From: Octopus bimaculoides | Lineage: Eukaryota | Reading direction: 5' to 3' | Assembly: GCF_001194135.2 (NCBI RefSeq) | Contig: NC_068984.1 | Coordinates: 139,080,248-139,131,295 of the forward strand | DNA length: 51,048 nt | Shown: one piece after another, positions 35,375 to 47,903 of the stretch | Layout of the letters: the number at the start of each line of letters is the position of its first letter | How positions within the stretch are numbered: the stretch's first letter is position 1 | Position numbers and translations under genes: made by a program | Notes under the pieces: model-generated | What the model was told of the DNA's origin: nothing | The model's database searches: none | What the model saw: only the letters and a program-made list of their open reading frames with translations

Positions 35375-38284
35375 CGCTGGCAGTGGTGGTTATGGAAATG
35401 TTGATTATAAAGCTGATAATGTTAGCAAAATCATATTGTTGCCGCCACCCTTATTGGCGATGACAACGATGACGATAATGATAGTTTGGTTGTAGGGGAG
35501 GGGTGGTGATGGTGACAGCGATAGTGGCAGCGGTGTCAGTGATAATGATGACGATGAGGATGATGATGTTGATGGAGATGATGCCTTGAGAGTATTGATT
35601 ATGAAGATGTTAGTGAGACTGGGAGTCTAGTTGTGGGAGGTGGAAGCAGAAGCCATCTCACCACCATCGATAAAATGCTAGACGCACAAATAGAAAAGGA
35701 TTCAATGCACGTCCGAACGTGAATGAGTGTTTATGCGTTTGTATATGTATGTATGTGCGCTTATATGAGTTTGTGAACATGTATGTAGTCGATGCTATTT
35801 GTCCGAGTGTGTATTTTGGGTGTATATATATCTGTATCAATCATTTCTTATTTTCAGATCTCACTATGCAAGTGTATGTTTTCTGGTGTCGTCTTGCCTC
35901 TAGACTGTAATGTCACGTGTCTTCATCGATTCACCATCATACGTATATAATTGTGTTTCTTCCTTATGTCTGCTGATCTTTTTACGTATGAAACAGCTGT
36001 GAATATTAATGATTGGTCTTGTGTTGCTTGTTTGCATGCATTACATCCTAGTGTATTAGAATCGGATAGCGTGATGTCCACGTGGTTCTGGTGTAAACGA
36101 CATGAAAATGAATTCTACCTGGATTGAAACCAGGCGTCCATTTTGACATGACTTATTCTAATGTCTCGTTTTACAGCGCTGGACAAACGATTGCCGAACA
36201 TTACCTTCTAAATTTTATTCATTTTCAGAAAAAAACTTTTAAAAGTTGTACTTCCGTTCGGAGTTCGATAATATAAATTTCTACTAACCCAATTCTGCGG
36301 TCGATGGTAACAGCGAAATCATGTCTTTGTTTTATCAGAAAGAGACAAGTTAAACTTGATGAGATTTGAACTTAAATGGCAAGAAAGTGGGGATAACATT
36401 TTAATTGAATAAGCCTTGTGAGTAGGGGAGGAGAGGCTCAATTGACAGGGTGAGTCAAAAGTCAAAGACCAAAACAGTTGACATTTTATTTGTATTACAT
36501 TATAATTTTTATAAGAGGTAATACCTCGAAACTAGTCTGTAGATGCCAGACCAGCAAGGGGAAGCGGCTTACCTCCCCTGTTCGAAGGTTATAAAGGACA
36601 CAGGTTTCGTGTGTCACATAGCTAGCAAGAGGCGATGGCCTCTTGGAGCTAATCAACGGCAGAATTCGTCCTATTTTTTGGACTGCCATGTTAGCTTGGC
36701 GATAACTATTGATATCCAGTACCGCTGCCGTAGTCTCCTTTAGAGAGACTTAGAAATATTAATATTTCTATTATAATTTTTCTTATTATTATATTGTTCA
36801 TCATGTATAAGCATGTGTGTATTCATTATTATTTTATTTAATTTTAGAAAAATTGAAGCATGTCTGACAATTCCGGACCGTATAGAACTTATTTTGTGCA
36901 TGATGTTTGGCTCATCCTGTATTAAGTATGTGACCTTATGATAAATTGTACCTGTAATAAAGTGCACAACCTGGTCACCTTTTGTACCGAGCTTATTTCA
37001 CATCATTCCTTAACGTGGTGGCTTGGTTATTGTGCATTTAACCATGATGAGACAGTAGGCTGTTGGCCTTTACGCATTATCATATTTCAGTTTCACCCCA
37101 CTATATTTTAAATTGAAAACTCCACTGACAGGGATTAGAGTCAATTTTACCTTTACCTTTTATCTGTCCAATGTTAATAAAATGATAACCAGGAAAAACA
37201 CTGAAGCTACTCTGGGAGCATTCCACCCTTAACCAAATTTCTGGACTCTGAGCCTCAGAAATAAATTAATATCTAACCACTTTATTTGAGGTAGCAGTAA
37301 ATGGCTTGTAAGTGGAATACTATGGCGAGCAATAGATGTTTTAAATTTGTAATTATATTTTATATTTGCCCCAAATTTGTCTGAATGGAGTCTAGTTTAT
37401 TTCAACATTATTTAGTATTTTAAATGGCTTTAATTTGACTGAATATTACTTTAAGTGTGCGCATGTCCGTAGAATGAATGCTCAGCCACTGACAATCTAA
37501 ATCAATGAGCTAGTAAGTCAGTTGATCGAACATATTTGTATCACTTCTAGCGTGAATAATATCTCGATTAATACTATACCCCACAGCCACTATTAGTAAG
37601 TTACTTTTTCATTTCTTTCAGCCTACTTCAACCATTAACCAGCACAATCAAAATATATTAACAGCCACCACACACTCTCGTTACCGCCCACTGCTTTCTC
37701 TTTATATAACGCCGCAAAAGGCAGTTAATTAGATGAAATTTTTTATATAGAGTTGCTGAACTAATAGTATTTTAATAACCATTTAAATGACATTAATTAT
37801 TGTACACATCATGTAGGTGCATATGGGTGTGCCTATTTGTACTGAATGTGTATGATCAAATTATCATATACGTGTGAGTCTCTCTGTGTATGTGCATTAT
37901 AACTCGCATTATTGTGTTATCATACATGTGCATGTAAACACAGTGTATTAACGATCATGTCTTTGCTTTGCGTATGTGTGCGCATATTTGTTTTGTATAT
38001 ATGTGTATATTCCGTGTGCATCATGGTTCTCATTATTATATGTGTGCTGATATTTTGTATCTGTTCATATAAGATGTAAAGAAATGCTTCTAGAACATTT
38101 AGATTTGCCCACAAGTCACCAGTAATTATTCATAATAACATGCTTTTATGATTAGCATATGGAGTTGTAAGAAGAAAGGGTTTGCTCTCTCAAGATATAG
38201 GTTATATTCAGCTTTGTGTAATAGATAATTAGACTTATTTATCATTATCTTAGATTCTCCGATATAAGAAATTTTGCTTATTAA

Positions 38285-38498
38285 TATTGGTTTCAAATTC
38301 GGGTACAAAACCAGCAATTTCGGAGAAGGCTTAAGGCGAATACGTCGACCCAGTGCACAACTGGTACATTTTTATCGACTCCGATCTGATGAAAGGCAAA
38401 GTCGATCTTGGCAGCATTTAATCATAGAATGTAAAGAAGGACAAAATGCCGCAAAGTATTCTGTCCGGCACAGTAACGATTCTGCTAACTCGCCGCCC
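38285..38498 (-). mobile_element. SINE B
   Basis: Reverse-complement match ending ctcgccgcc. Confidence 0.82.
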
Positions 38499-38525
38499 TA
38501 TTTCGTTACTATTTAATGATAATAA

Positions 38526-38737
38526 GGCAGCGAGCAGGCAGAATTGTTAGCATGCGGGGGAAACTGTTTAGCGGCATTTCATCCGTCTTCACATCGTAAG
38601 TTCGCATTCCGCAGAGGTCGACTTTGCTTTCGCCCCTTTCGGGGTCGATAAAATTAGTACCAGATGAAAACTGGGGTCGATGTAATCGACTACCCCGTCA
38701 GCCAAAATTACTGACCTTGTGCCAAAATTTGAAATCA
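38526..38737 (+). mobile_element. SINE B
   Basis: ggcagcgagcaggcagaattgttagc...gaggtcgactttgc...tttgaaatcaat. Confidence 0.87.
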
Positions 38738-39571
38738 ATATTTACGAATAATTCTTATAATACATGGTGATCTCATTCTAAATTCTTACGTCAGCTCGTT
38801 TCCAGTTAGCAAATGGATTCCAACGATTCGAAGACTTCGTCGCTCTTTGCAATTAGGCTGAATGTATGAGGTACCTAGTCTTACTCCAGTGGAACTCCGG
38901 AGGGGACCTCTCGTCATCCTTAATTGCGATCTAAAATAAGCTAAGTTGTTGGAAATCTCTGGAGGCAACACAAATGTATTGCAGCTGAGACCATGCATAT
39001 CAGCTTCCCAATCATTGTGGCACTTGGATCATATTACCTCATATATCTTGATTTGAAGGGGAAATGGCTGCTTTTGCTTTTGTTTTCTTTTCTAGTTGAG
39101 TCGAGCAAGTTCGTAGAGGTGCCGATGGGGGTTCTTAGCACAGTTTCTAGTTTCCCGCGGAGGATCGTTATATTAGTTATTATAAAGTTTGACAAGCTAT
39201 CAAAAGAAATGAAACGCAGATCAAACCCCATAATATTTACGTTCGTACCTCTATGTCTAGGTCGGAAATTATCTTACCTCCAGGCTCTGTTGCATAAATA
39301 CCCATTAATTAATGGAAGTCCACTCAATGAAATTAAGACATGGTAGTCGACTTTGTACTGAGAGAGGTGACATTTTATGTATTTCAAAACGCTAGAAATG
39401 CATCTACCAGCCCGTACTGTCTTACGACCTTTTGTCTCAATCGAGATTTTTTTTATCCATAACAAATTGCAGTGAAAATGGCGTTTGTACTGGTCAAATA
39501 TATTTGAACAGCTCTAAAATTTATTTAATAAATATATTGTATTTTGGAGTTAATTTCGGTCTAAATACTCC

Positions 39572-39975
39572 TTTACTCTTTTACTAGTTTCAGTCATTTG
39601 ACTGTGGCCATGCTGGAGCACCGCCTTTACTCGAGCAAATAGACCCCAGGAGTTATTCTTTGGAATCCTAGTACTTATTCTATCGGTCTCTTTTGCCGAA
39701 CCGCTAAGTTACGGGGAAGCAAACACACCAGCATCGATTGTCAAGCGATATTGCAGGGACAAACACAGACACACAAACATATACACGCACACAAATATAT
39801 ATATACATATATACAATGGGCTTCTTTCAGTTTCCGTCTACCAAATCCGCTCACAAGGCTTTGGTCGGCCCGAGGCTATAGTAGAAGACACTTGCCCTAG
39901 GTGTCACGCAGTGGGACTGAACCCGGACCATGTGGTTGTTAAGCAAGCTACTTACCACACAGCCACTCCTATGCC
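39572..39975 (-). mobile_element. SINE A, full length, near-consensus, short internal repeat
   Basis: Both modules intact. Confidence 0.93.
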
Positions 39976-40559
39976 TACATGGTTTACATTTCTACAATTG
40001 ATGTAATTCGAATCGATATGGCACCCTACCAGTTATATTATCCATGGATTATATTTCAGGTTTTCACTATGTCAAAAACCGAGAAAACTATCTCTAAAAT
40101 CTACACTCATCTATTGGCCAGTTTATAGGGGAACGAGTGTAGTTTATAAGAATAGATTTTAGTCGATGACTTAGTTTATAATCATCGATTTCTAGCACGT
40201 ATTTTTTTCAATCCCAGTAAGATATAAAGCAAATTTGAAACCAAATGGGAATTGAACTGTGACGGAATTGCCAGAATTAAATAAAGATATTTTCGTTATG
40301 CTCTTTACCCTGTATGCCAGTCTAAAGCTCTCAGCTGTAATATAACATACATTATTCTTTTACATTTTACTGATATCATTCACTGAACTGTAATGACGCT
40401 GGTATACTTTCCCAAAATATATTAGTCAATCCATATCGATACCATCACATATTTTAGTCTATTGTTTATTCTCCGAAGTACGTTAGGTTTTTATTTTTAT
40501 GTATTTTTTCTGATACGGTGTTAGTATTTTAGCCGAAGGCAACGCGTCAGGAACCTAAT

Positions 40560-40590
<31 letters not shown>

Positions 40591-40879
40591 GTAGGTATGG
40601 AATGTCATTTGTCTACAAATTAGCTATTATTATTCAAAGCATGCTTTTATGCTTTCATGACAATGCACATACAGGATCGCAAAAAGCATCAAACATATAG
40701 AATATATGTATGCGCGCGCGGGTGTGTGTGCGTGTGCGTGTGTATAACGATGTTTGAGAGTGTATGTGCTTATGCATTACGTACGTGCGTGCGTGTGTGT
40801 GCGTGTGTATGTGTGTGTGCGTGCGGGGGGGGGGCGGTTCTATAAAAATAAGTGTAATTATTCAAAACATGTAATGAGG

Positions 40880-41005
40880 TTCGGGTCAAATGCTTAGCAA
40901 TATTTCTCCCACTTTCCAGTTCTCTATGTTCTGAGTTCAACTTCTGCTGCGATTAACTTTTCCTTTCATCGTTTCGGGGGCCATGGAATAAAGAGGCAGA
41001 CAAGT
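40880..41005 (+). mobile_element. SINE B, degenerate
   Basis: aaatgcttagc...ttctgagttcaa...cctttcatcgtttcgggg. Confidence 0.65.
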
Positions 41006-41044
41006 ACAGGGATTGATATATGCAATTCGCATATATTTATATGG

Positions 41045-41405
41045 TGCAGGAGTAGCTTCCTTACCAACCACATGGTTCCGTGTTCAGTCCAACTAAGTGG
41101 CACCTTGGGCAAATTTCTTCTACTATAGCCTCGGGCCGACCCGCCAAAGCCTTGTGAGTGGATTTGGTACACAGAAACTGAAAGAGGCCCGTCGGATATA
41201 TGCATGTATATATATTTATGTGTGTGTGTATATGTTTGTGTATCTGTGTTTGTCCCCTCAACATCGCTTGACCACCGATGCTGGTGTGTTTACGTGCACG
41301 TAACTTAGCAGTTCAGCAAAAAGAGAATGATAGAATAAGTACTAGGCTTACATACAAATAATAAGTCCTGGGGTCGATTTGCTCGACTAAAGGCGATGCT
41401 CCAGC
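41045..41405 (+). mobile_element. SINE A, near full length
   Basis: Both modules; A-box region deleted and tail truncated. Confidence 0.9.
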
Positions 41406-41426
41406 GTAAAAAAACAAACAAACGTA

Positions 41427-41460
41427 TATTAGATTGGTGCATAACTATTGCAGCTTTTTT
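41427..41460 (+). mobile_element. Orphan mariner (Hsmar1/MADE1-like) TIR
   Basis: TA + TTAGATTGGTGCATAACTATTGCAGCTTTTTT versus recalled TTAGGTTGGTGCAAAAGTAATTGCGGTTTTT. Confidence 0.5.
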
Positions 41461-41502
41461 TCAATAAATTTTATTCAGCAAAAACAATAACAGCATTTAT
41501 AG

Positions 41503-41612
41503 AATGTGCGTTAGTAATCACACCTACATGCACATCTTTCTCTAACCTTGATTAACCAATGTGCGTTAGTAATCACACCTACATGCACATCTTTCTCTAA
41601 CCTTGATTAACC
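41503..41612 (+). repeat. Perfect 55-bp tandem duplication
   Basis: aatgtgcgttagtaatcacacctacatgcacatctttctctaaccttgattaacc x2. Confidence 0.95.
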
Positions 41613-42537
41613 AATGGGGTAAAAATGAAATTCTTGGGGGTAATGAGGACTCATTAGACATGAGTAAAACTATATAAAGATCGTGTTTCTTGTTACGAAA
41701 CAAGTTTATTTTCTGCCAAAACTGCATCTGTCCAATGTAATGGACGCGTAAATAGCTTCATATAAATAGATTCAATAAAACAGCTTCAATAAACCTTTTG
41801 AAGCCAAAGAATCTATGATTTTCTTCCTTTCAAATGAAGTGGGTAACGTCGGCGTAAATAAATATATTTGGGGATAAGTGGTTAAAAAAGTTCCCCGACG
41901 CTTGTAAGGTTTGCAAGAGATTTGTCTGCTATGTCAATAAAGTACTTCAAATAACATAGCTTCAAGAAGAATCGAAAGTTAGTTTTGAACTCACAAATAT
42001 AGAGTTTCTTTCTGTGACACATTCATGTAGAAATTGCAGTTTTTTTTTTCTTTCTGAAATGTAAATATGACTTGGTCAACCATTTAAATTTATTTTTTCT
42101 TCATCGTGACAGCTAGCAACATTTACGTATGTTTGCATTGACATAAAATCTCTGCTAGTACAACCGTGATTTGAAGTTCAATTTCAGATATCTGTTTACA
42201 GTGTCTTGATNNNNNNNNNNNNNNNNNNNNNNNNNNNNNNNNNNNNNNNNNNNNNNNNNNNNNNNNNNNNNNNNNNNNNNNNNNNNNNNNNNNNNNNNNN
42301 NNNNNNNNNNNNNNNNNNNNNNNNNNNNNNNNNNNNNNNNNNNNNNNNNNNNNNNNNNNNNNNNNNNNNNNNNNNNNNNNNNNNNNNNNNNNNNNNNNNN
42401 NNNNNNNNNNNNNNNNNNNNNNNNNNNNNNNNNNNNNNNNNNNNNNNNNNNNNNNNNNNNNNNNNNNNNNNNNNNNNNNNNNNNNNNNNNNNNNNNNNNN
42501 NNNNNNNNNNNNNNNNNNNNNNNNNNNNNNNNNNNNN

Positions 42538-42577
<40 letters not shown>

Positions 42578-42849
42578 GTGTGTGTGTGTGTGTGTGTGTT
42601 TCCAAATGCATGTCTCCGGGCTCGTTTGTATAAATATGAATTTGTGATGCACTTATGTATGTATGTTTATATGTCTCTGTGTCAGATGAAGAAGAAATAT
42701 CAAACGTCCAGTGAATGATTCCTAATAGAAACACTTTGAATAACCATATAATCTGATGCAGATACGCATGCGCGCACGTACGCATGCTAGCATGTCTACA
42801 TTCACGCATTTATAATAGATGATTTATATAAGCTTATATTTTTATATGA

Positions 42850-42877
42850 TTTATATATATATATATATATGCATAGA

Positions 42878-42963
<86 letters not shown>

Positions 42964-43015
42964 TACACACGCACACACACACACATACATACATACATAC
43001 ATACACGCATACATA
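42850..43015 (+). repeat. Long (TA)n then (CA)/(CATA)n
   Basis: Direct inspection. Confidence 0.96.
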
Positions 43016-43468
43016 TAAATGCTTACAATTTATAAATTACGATGCACGGATCGTGTTATGTCCGTGCTACACGTTGTTTTGTGATCTATATTCTATATCA
43101 TAATAGACCACTGCCTTACAAGTCTAGGTTTATAATAATATCGCCTTAGGAAAATGTAATACTGCGCCAAGTTATATAGGTTGTTAGTTAAGCAGCTTAC
43201 CGATCGTTAATGCCTGAGAGAGAAAAGTGTGTAAGACGACTGAATTTTGAAAAGCATCTTCTACGTTTTCATGGATTGGGAAAAGGTTGTTATGTAATGA
43301 AAGTGGAATGCGACCCGTGGCTGTCTACTTAGTCGTTGCTTTAAATCATACACAATTTGGAGACTTTGCTTATGTCTTTGGATAAATCCTTGTTTTCAGC
43401 GAACGTAACAAGTTTAGTGAATATAGCAGAAGGAGAGACGGTGTGAGTGAGAGAGTGTGTAAGTGGGC

Positions 43469-43559
43469 GAGAGAGAGAGAGAGAGAGAGAGAGCAATGAG
43501 AGAGAGACAGTGACAGATAGAAGAACAATGGGGGAGACACAGAGAGTGAAAGAGAGAGT

Positions 43560-43613
<54 letters not shown>

Positions 43614-43732
43614 NNNNNNNNNNNNNNNNNNNNNNNNNNNNNNNNNNNNNNNNNNNNNNNNNNNNNNNNNNNNNNNNNNNNNNNNNNNNNNNNNNNNNNN
43701 NNNNNNNNNNNNNNNNNNNNNNNNNNNNNNNN

Positions 43733-43788
<56 letters not shown>
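43469..43788 (+). repeat. (GA)n array with gap
   Basis: Direct inspection. Confidence 0.96.
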
Positions 43789-43791
<3 letters not shown>

Positions 43792-44080
43792 CGTACACAC
43801 TGAGAAGAACGAAAGAGAAATCGTCAGGACTGTTGGCTTTCTTGAGTTTGTCCGATTGGGAGAGATTTTGCTGTTACCTAATGTCCGCTTGTTTTGGAGA
43901 AGCATTCAAAGAGGACATGAACGATCACCTACAAAGCACATACAATCGTCCACCTCGACCGTAGTTTACAACCCTTCCTTCTGTCAGGGTAGTTTAAAGG
44001 CACGGAAATAAAGTCGTTCTTACCTCGACTTGCAAATCGTGTATCGCCGGCAGATTGTTCACTTGTTAACATGACCTTCT

Positions 44081-44138
44081 TTCGCCACGTTGTCACGACC
44101 TCTCTTCGCCACGTTGTCACGACCTCTCTTCGCCACGT
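44081..44138 (+). repeat. 24-bp minisatellite, 2.4 copies
   Basis: ttcgccacgttgtcacgacctctc x2 + ttcgccacgt. Confidence 0.93.
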
Positions 44139-46940
44139 CTGACCTCTATCACTGACAGCATGAAAAAGAGGGAAACCTTTCTTCTCACTCGCCGACGTGA
44201 TGTCATCCCCCCACCAGTCCAATCTTCCTGCGCCGTCAAAAAGCAATAAAAATTAATCAGTAAGAAAGCCCTAAATCTTTAAAAACCTTCGACCCTGAAA
44301 AAAAAAAAACTAACAAACACCTGAAACTTTCAGGGACTGAAAGAGGAATAACACTCGCCATTATCTACCAACACCACCAAATATCAAGAATCACGAAATT
44401 GGAAAAAATACCGGCCTAGAGGCACTTATTTACAAAGGCTAATCTTTCATAATACGAACTTATAACTTTCCATCTCTTGATCGTAACCGATATCCACGCC
44501 ACTCCACTCAACGATTACACTGCTGAGAACCATCAAACAATAACGACAAACATAAACTATTACGTCTCATTCTAACAACCTTCGATAGTAGCAACAGTTT
44601 CGATTTAATGGCCACCATTTAATGGGCCGCGAAATACTCAACAGCTTTATACTGAATTAAACAAAACGCAGACGAGCAAAGTAGTCAAGGTGTGAATGTT
44701 GGTGAGTGCAACGATTCTTTCAAGCTGAAGGCATTTTAAGTGTATATATGAAGATTACGATGCAGCAAACAAGAGGGACAGAGGCACAGAGAGAGAAAGA
44801 GAGAGCTTAGCTAAAGAGAGACTCACAGGGACATAAAGACTGACACTGAGAGAGAGAGAGAGAGAGAGAGTGACACTCACACAGATTGAAGCAGACAGCG
44901 TGTAGACAGTTTCGTGTGTGTATGTATGTGTGTGCGATGTCCTTTGTATGTGCACAATACTTTATTGTTTCCAGTGCGACAAAAGACAATCTTGATTTCA
45001 GTGGGATTTGAACTAAAACACATGATGAATATGACTAACGTTTCTGCCAATGCATTGCCATGCAATTATGTAATAATGAAGAACGAGGCATCGCTTTCCT
45101 GCGACGTTTAAATTTATTTTAAGATTGGTGTGGTCCATCATACAATTTCACAAGATCCCAAGCTTTTTTCTATTAGCATTTGCAAAATATATTTTAGTAT
45201 AACCAAAAGAGTTATTAATGTATCTTGCACATAACACAATTCACTTATTGCATTGTGCTGTTGCTCCAGTGAGATCGTATTCGTCTATGATGAGAATGAA
45301 TAGATTCAAAGGACTTGGTAGCAGCAATGGAAATATATATATATTGTATTGTAAAGGATTCTGTATATCAAATAAGATATATTGAATTAGGTTTCTTTTC
45401 GAGGAGTGTCATCTAAAGAGATTGGGGACCGTTAAGAAATAATTTGCGAATACAATAAAAAAAAAATATATGATTATATTATAGACATCTTTAGAAAGTT
45501 ATCAAAGCTTTCCTGTTCGTATGTAATAAATGTACATACAAGAGTACGAAGACACACACACACGCATGCGCTGTAGCACTCCCACGCTCTTTGGCACTGA
45601 TTTATGCATATACATACTTTCGCACACGGACACAAACATGGAAGCTTATAGAAATACTGCAAACGTTTATGGAATCATATACATACATACATACATACAT
45701 ACATACATAATTACATACATAGACATACACATACACACACACACACATATATATATTAATGTTTCTTATGTTAAGTTATAGTAAAAACAATTTTACATTA
45801 ATCTGATGTGTCACTCTATAATTTAGTAGAGTACATATTTATTGTTCTTATACAAGAATGTTGTTGGGAGTGACTTCGAAGTTTCGGACAATTAAGTCAT
45901 TTTTTGCATAAGAAATATGTGTGTGTGTGTGTGTGTGTGTGTGTATACGTACGTACGTATGTATGATACTTTGATATTTTGATAGGTGTCGGCCAGTATT
46001 AGTCCAGGCCGGGTCTAAATTTATAACACCACCTGGGTCGACCCCAATAGTCAAGGCCTGTCATGTCATCTAGCTTTTTTGTAATTGATCTTTGGGATGC
46101 TTCACCTATCATGATGCTTTGTTTCGTATGAAGAGACCACAGTGGACAACAGTATCCAAGGTGGGGGTCGGACAAAAGTGGAGGTTAGAAGGATAATGGT
46201 GTGGATATCTCTCAACTGGAAAGTTCCGAGAATCCAGGAACACATTCTGTGAGCCGTGTTGACTCTGCTGTTTGTGTGAGTAGCCCAGCTTATATTGTTG
46301 TTTTACATTTTCCACCAAGTTTTTGATGTTGCTGGATGTCACGAGAGAGTCACCTGAAGTGTGTGAGTTTTTGATAATTTAGTTGTTTGCTTATAAACGA
46401 GTGTATATAATAAAAAAGCGTACTTACAAGTATATATGTTCTCTTTTATGGGTGTGAGTTTTTGGTTATTTAGTTGTTTGTTTATAAACGAGTGTATATT
46501 TAACAGTTTGTAGTTAGAAACTGTACTTACGAGTTTGTAGATAAACACGTGATCGTTGCCTTTTATTGTTTCTTTTCTTTTTCGATTTTTTATTTTTGAA
46601 AATTTGTTGCTGCTCTATTTTCTCACAACCTTTGTTTAGCATTTTCTGAAATTTAAATGGATTTTTACCTCTTCGCACACATGACGATGGAACGCCAAAT
46701 AAAATAAAATAAAAAAACTCAACGAATTTGTTTTAATAACTCAAAGATACGCGAATTATTATTATTTATTGTTTTTATTGGTTTGTTCTGGAGACAGATG
46801 GGCTGTGACCATAACCTTCCTAGGCTCCACGGCACTGATAATATCGGTGTCATTAATTTCTCTCTTGAATACTTAGACATCGATGGCTGCATGTGAATCA
46901 TGTTCAGACAAATTATTCTAATAGGACGCTGTTCTGCATA

Positions 46941-47008
46941 GCAACAGCAGCAGCAGCAGCAGCAGTAGCAGCAGCAGCAGAAGAAGAAGAAGAAGAAGAA
47001 GAAGAAGA
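46941..47008 (+). repeat. (CAG)n-(GAA)n compound trinucleotide repeat
   Basis: Direct inspection. Confidence 0.95.
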
Positions 47009-47529
47009 ATTACAACAAAAACAGCCTGTTTACGCTGAGAAAATTGAAGTCAAAGAGTTCAATGTTAGCTTAGGATCTGACTCAATTTACAGTGTAAGAG
47101 AAAGAGAGACTGTGGGTTGTACAATGCTAAAGGATATCCCTTGCAGTTCAAATGTTGATCTTGCAGATGTTGCCGTGCTGTGCAAGAGTCTGCTGATGTG
47201 TATCGGTGGATTCCCCAAGTAGAAGCCTCCACCGCAGGGAATTGGAACCGTTGAATGTAACACATAAACTGTATAATCAGACAGAGAGGAAACATTGACA
47301 TGAATAGTCGACACATTGCAGTTCATCTGTTACTATCGATTTCTCTCACCAGACTGTTAGCTTACGACGGGAACGTAAACAAACCAACACCGCTTTGCAA
47401 GCGGTGGTGCTGGGAACAAACATAAATACATAGACACACATACATATATATGCACATATATATTTGCACGCATATATACCTCCCTACCTATATACATGCA
47501 TCCATGTACGCATTGATCGGCAGCTCCAT

Positions 47530-47689
47530 TAGTTTTTGTTATTCTCTCTGTTTATTTCTGTGTTCCTTTCTGTTGAAGAGCGTAGGCTCGAAACGTAAAG
47601 GACTTCCTCACCTTCCCGAGCATTAAACTAAAGCACCTATTTGTTGTTTATACACTTGTCTTCGTCTTTTGTTTTTCTGTAAATTTCAA

Positions 47690-47690
<1 letters not shown>
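47530..47690 (+). mobile_element. Short Penelope-terminus-like element carrying a hammerhead motif (copy 3)
   Basis: Homologous to 33570-33730; followed by (CATA)n(CA)n. Confidence 0.65.
47564..47602 (+). ncRNA. Minimal type-I hammerhead-like motif, variant core CUGUUGA
   Basis: TCCTTT-CTGTTGA-A-GAGC(GTAG)GCTC-GAAA-CG-TA-AAGGA. Confidence 0.62.
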
Positions 47691-47854
<164 letters not shown>

Positions 47855-47903
47855 AATGCGTACATTTAGATATACAGATATGACGGCATTTCATACAGTT
47901 TGA

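Noticed and set aside
42686-42715. Phase-1 exon DEEEISNVQ*
   Set aside because: The acceptor lies in TG-rich low-complexity sequence and the peptide is too short to assess.
44081-44138. CRISPR-like direct repeats
   Set aside because: The 24-bp units are contiguous with no spacers, the context is eukaryotic, and there are no cas genes.
46130-46250. Tc1 transposase remnant (QGGG...IMVW)
   Set aside because: The motif spacing is wrong and no other DDE-domain motifs are nearby.
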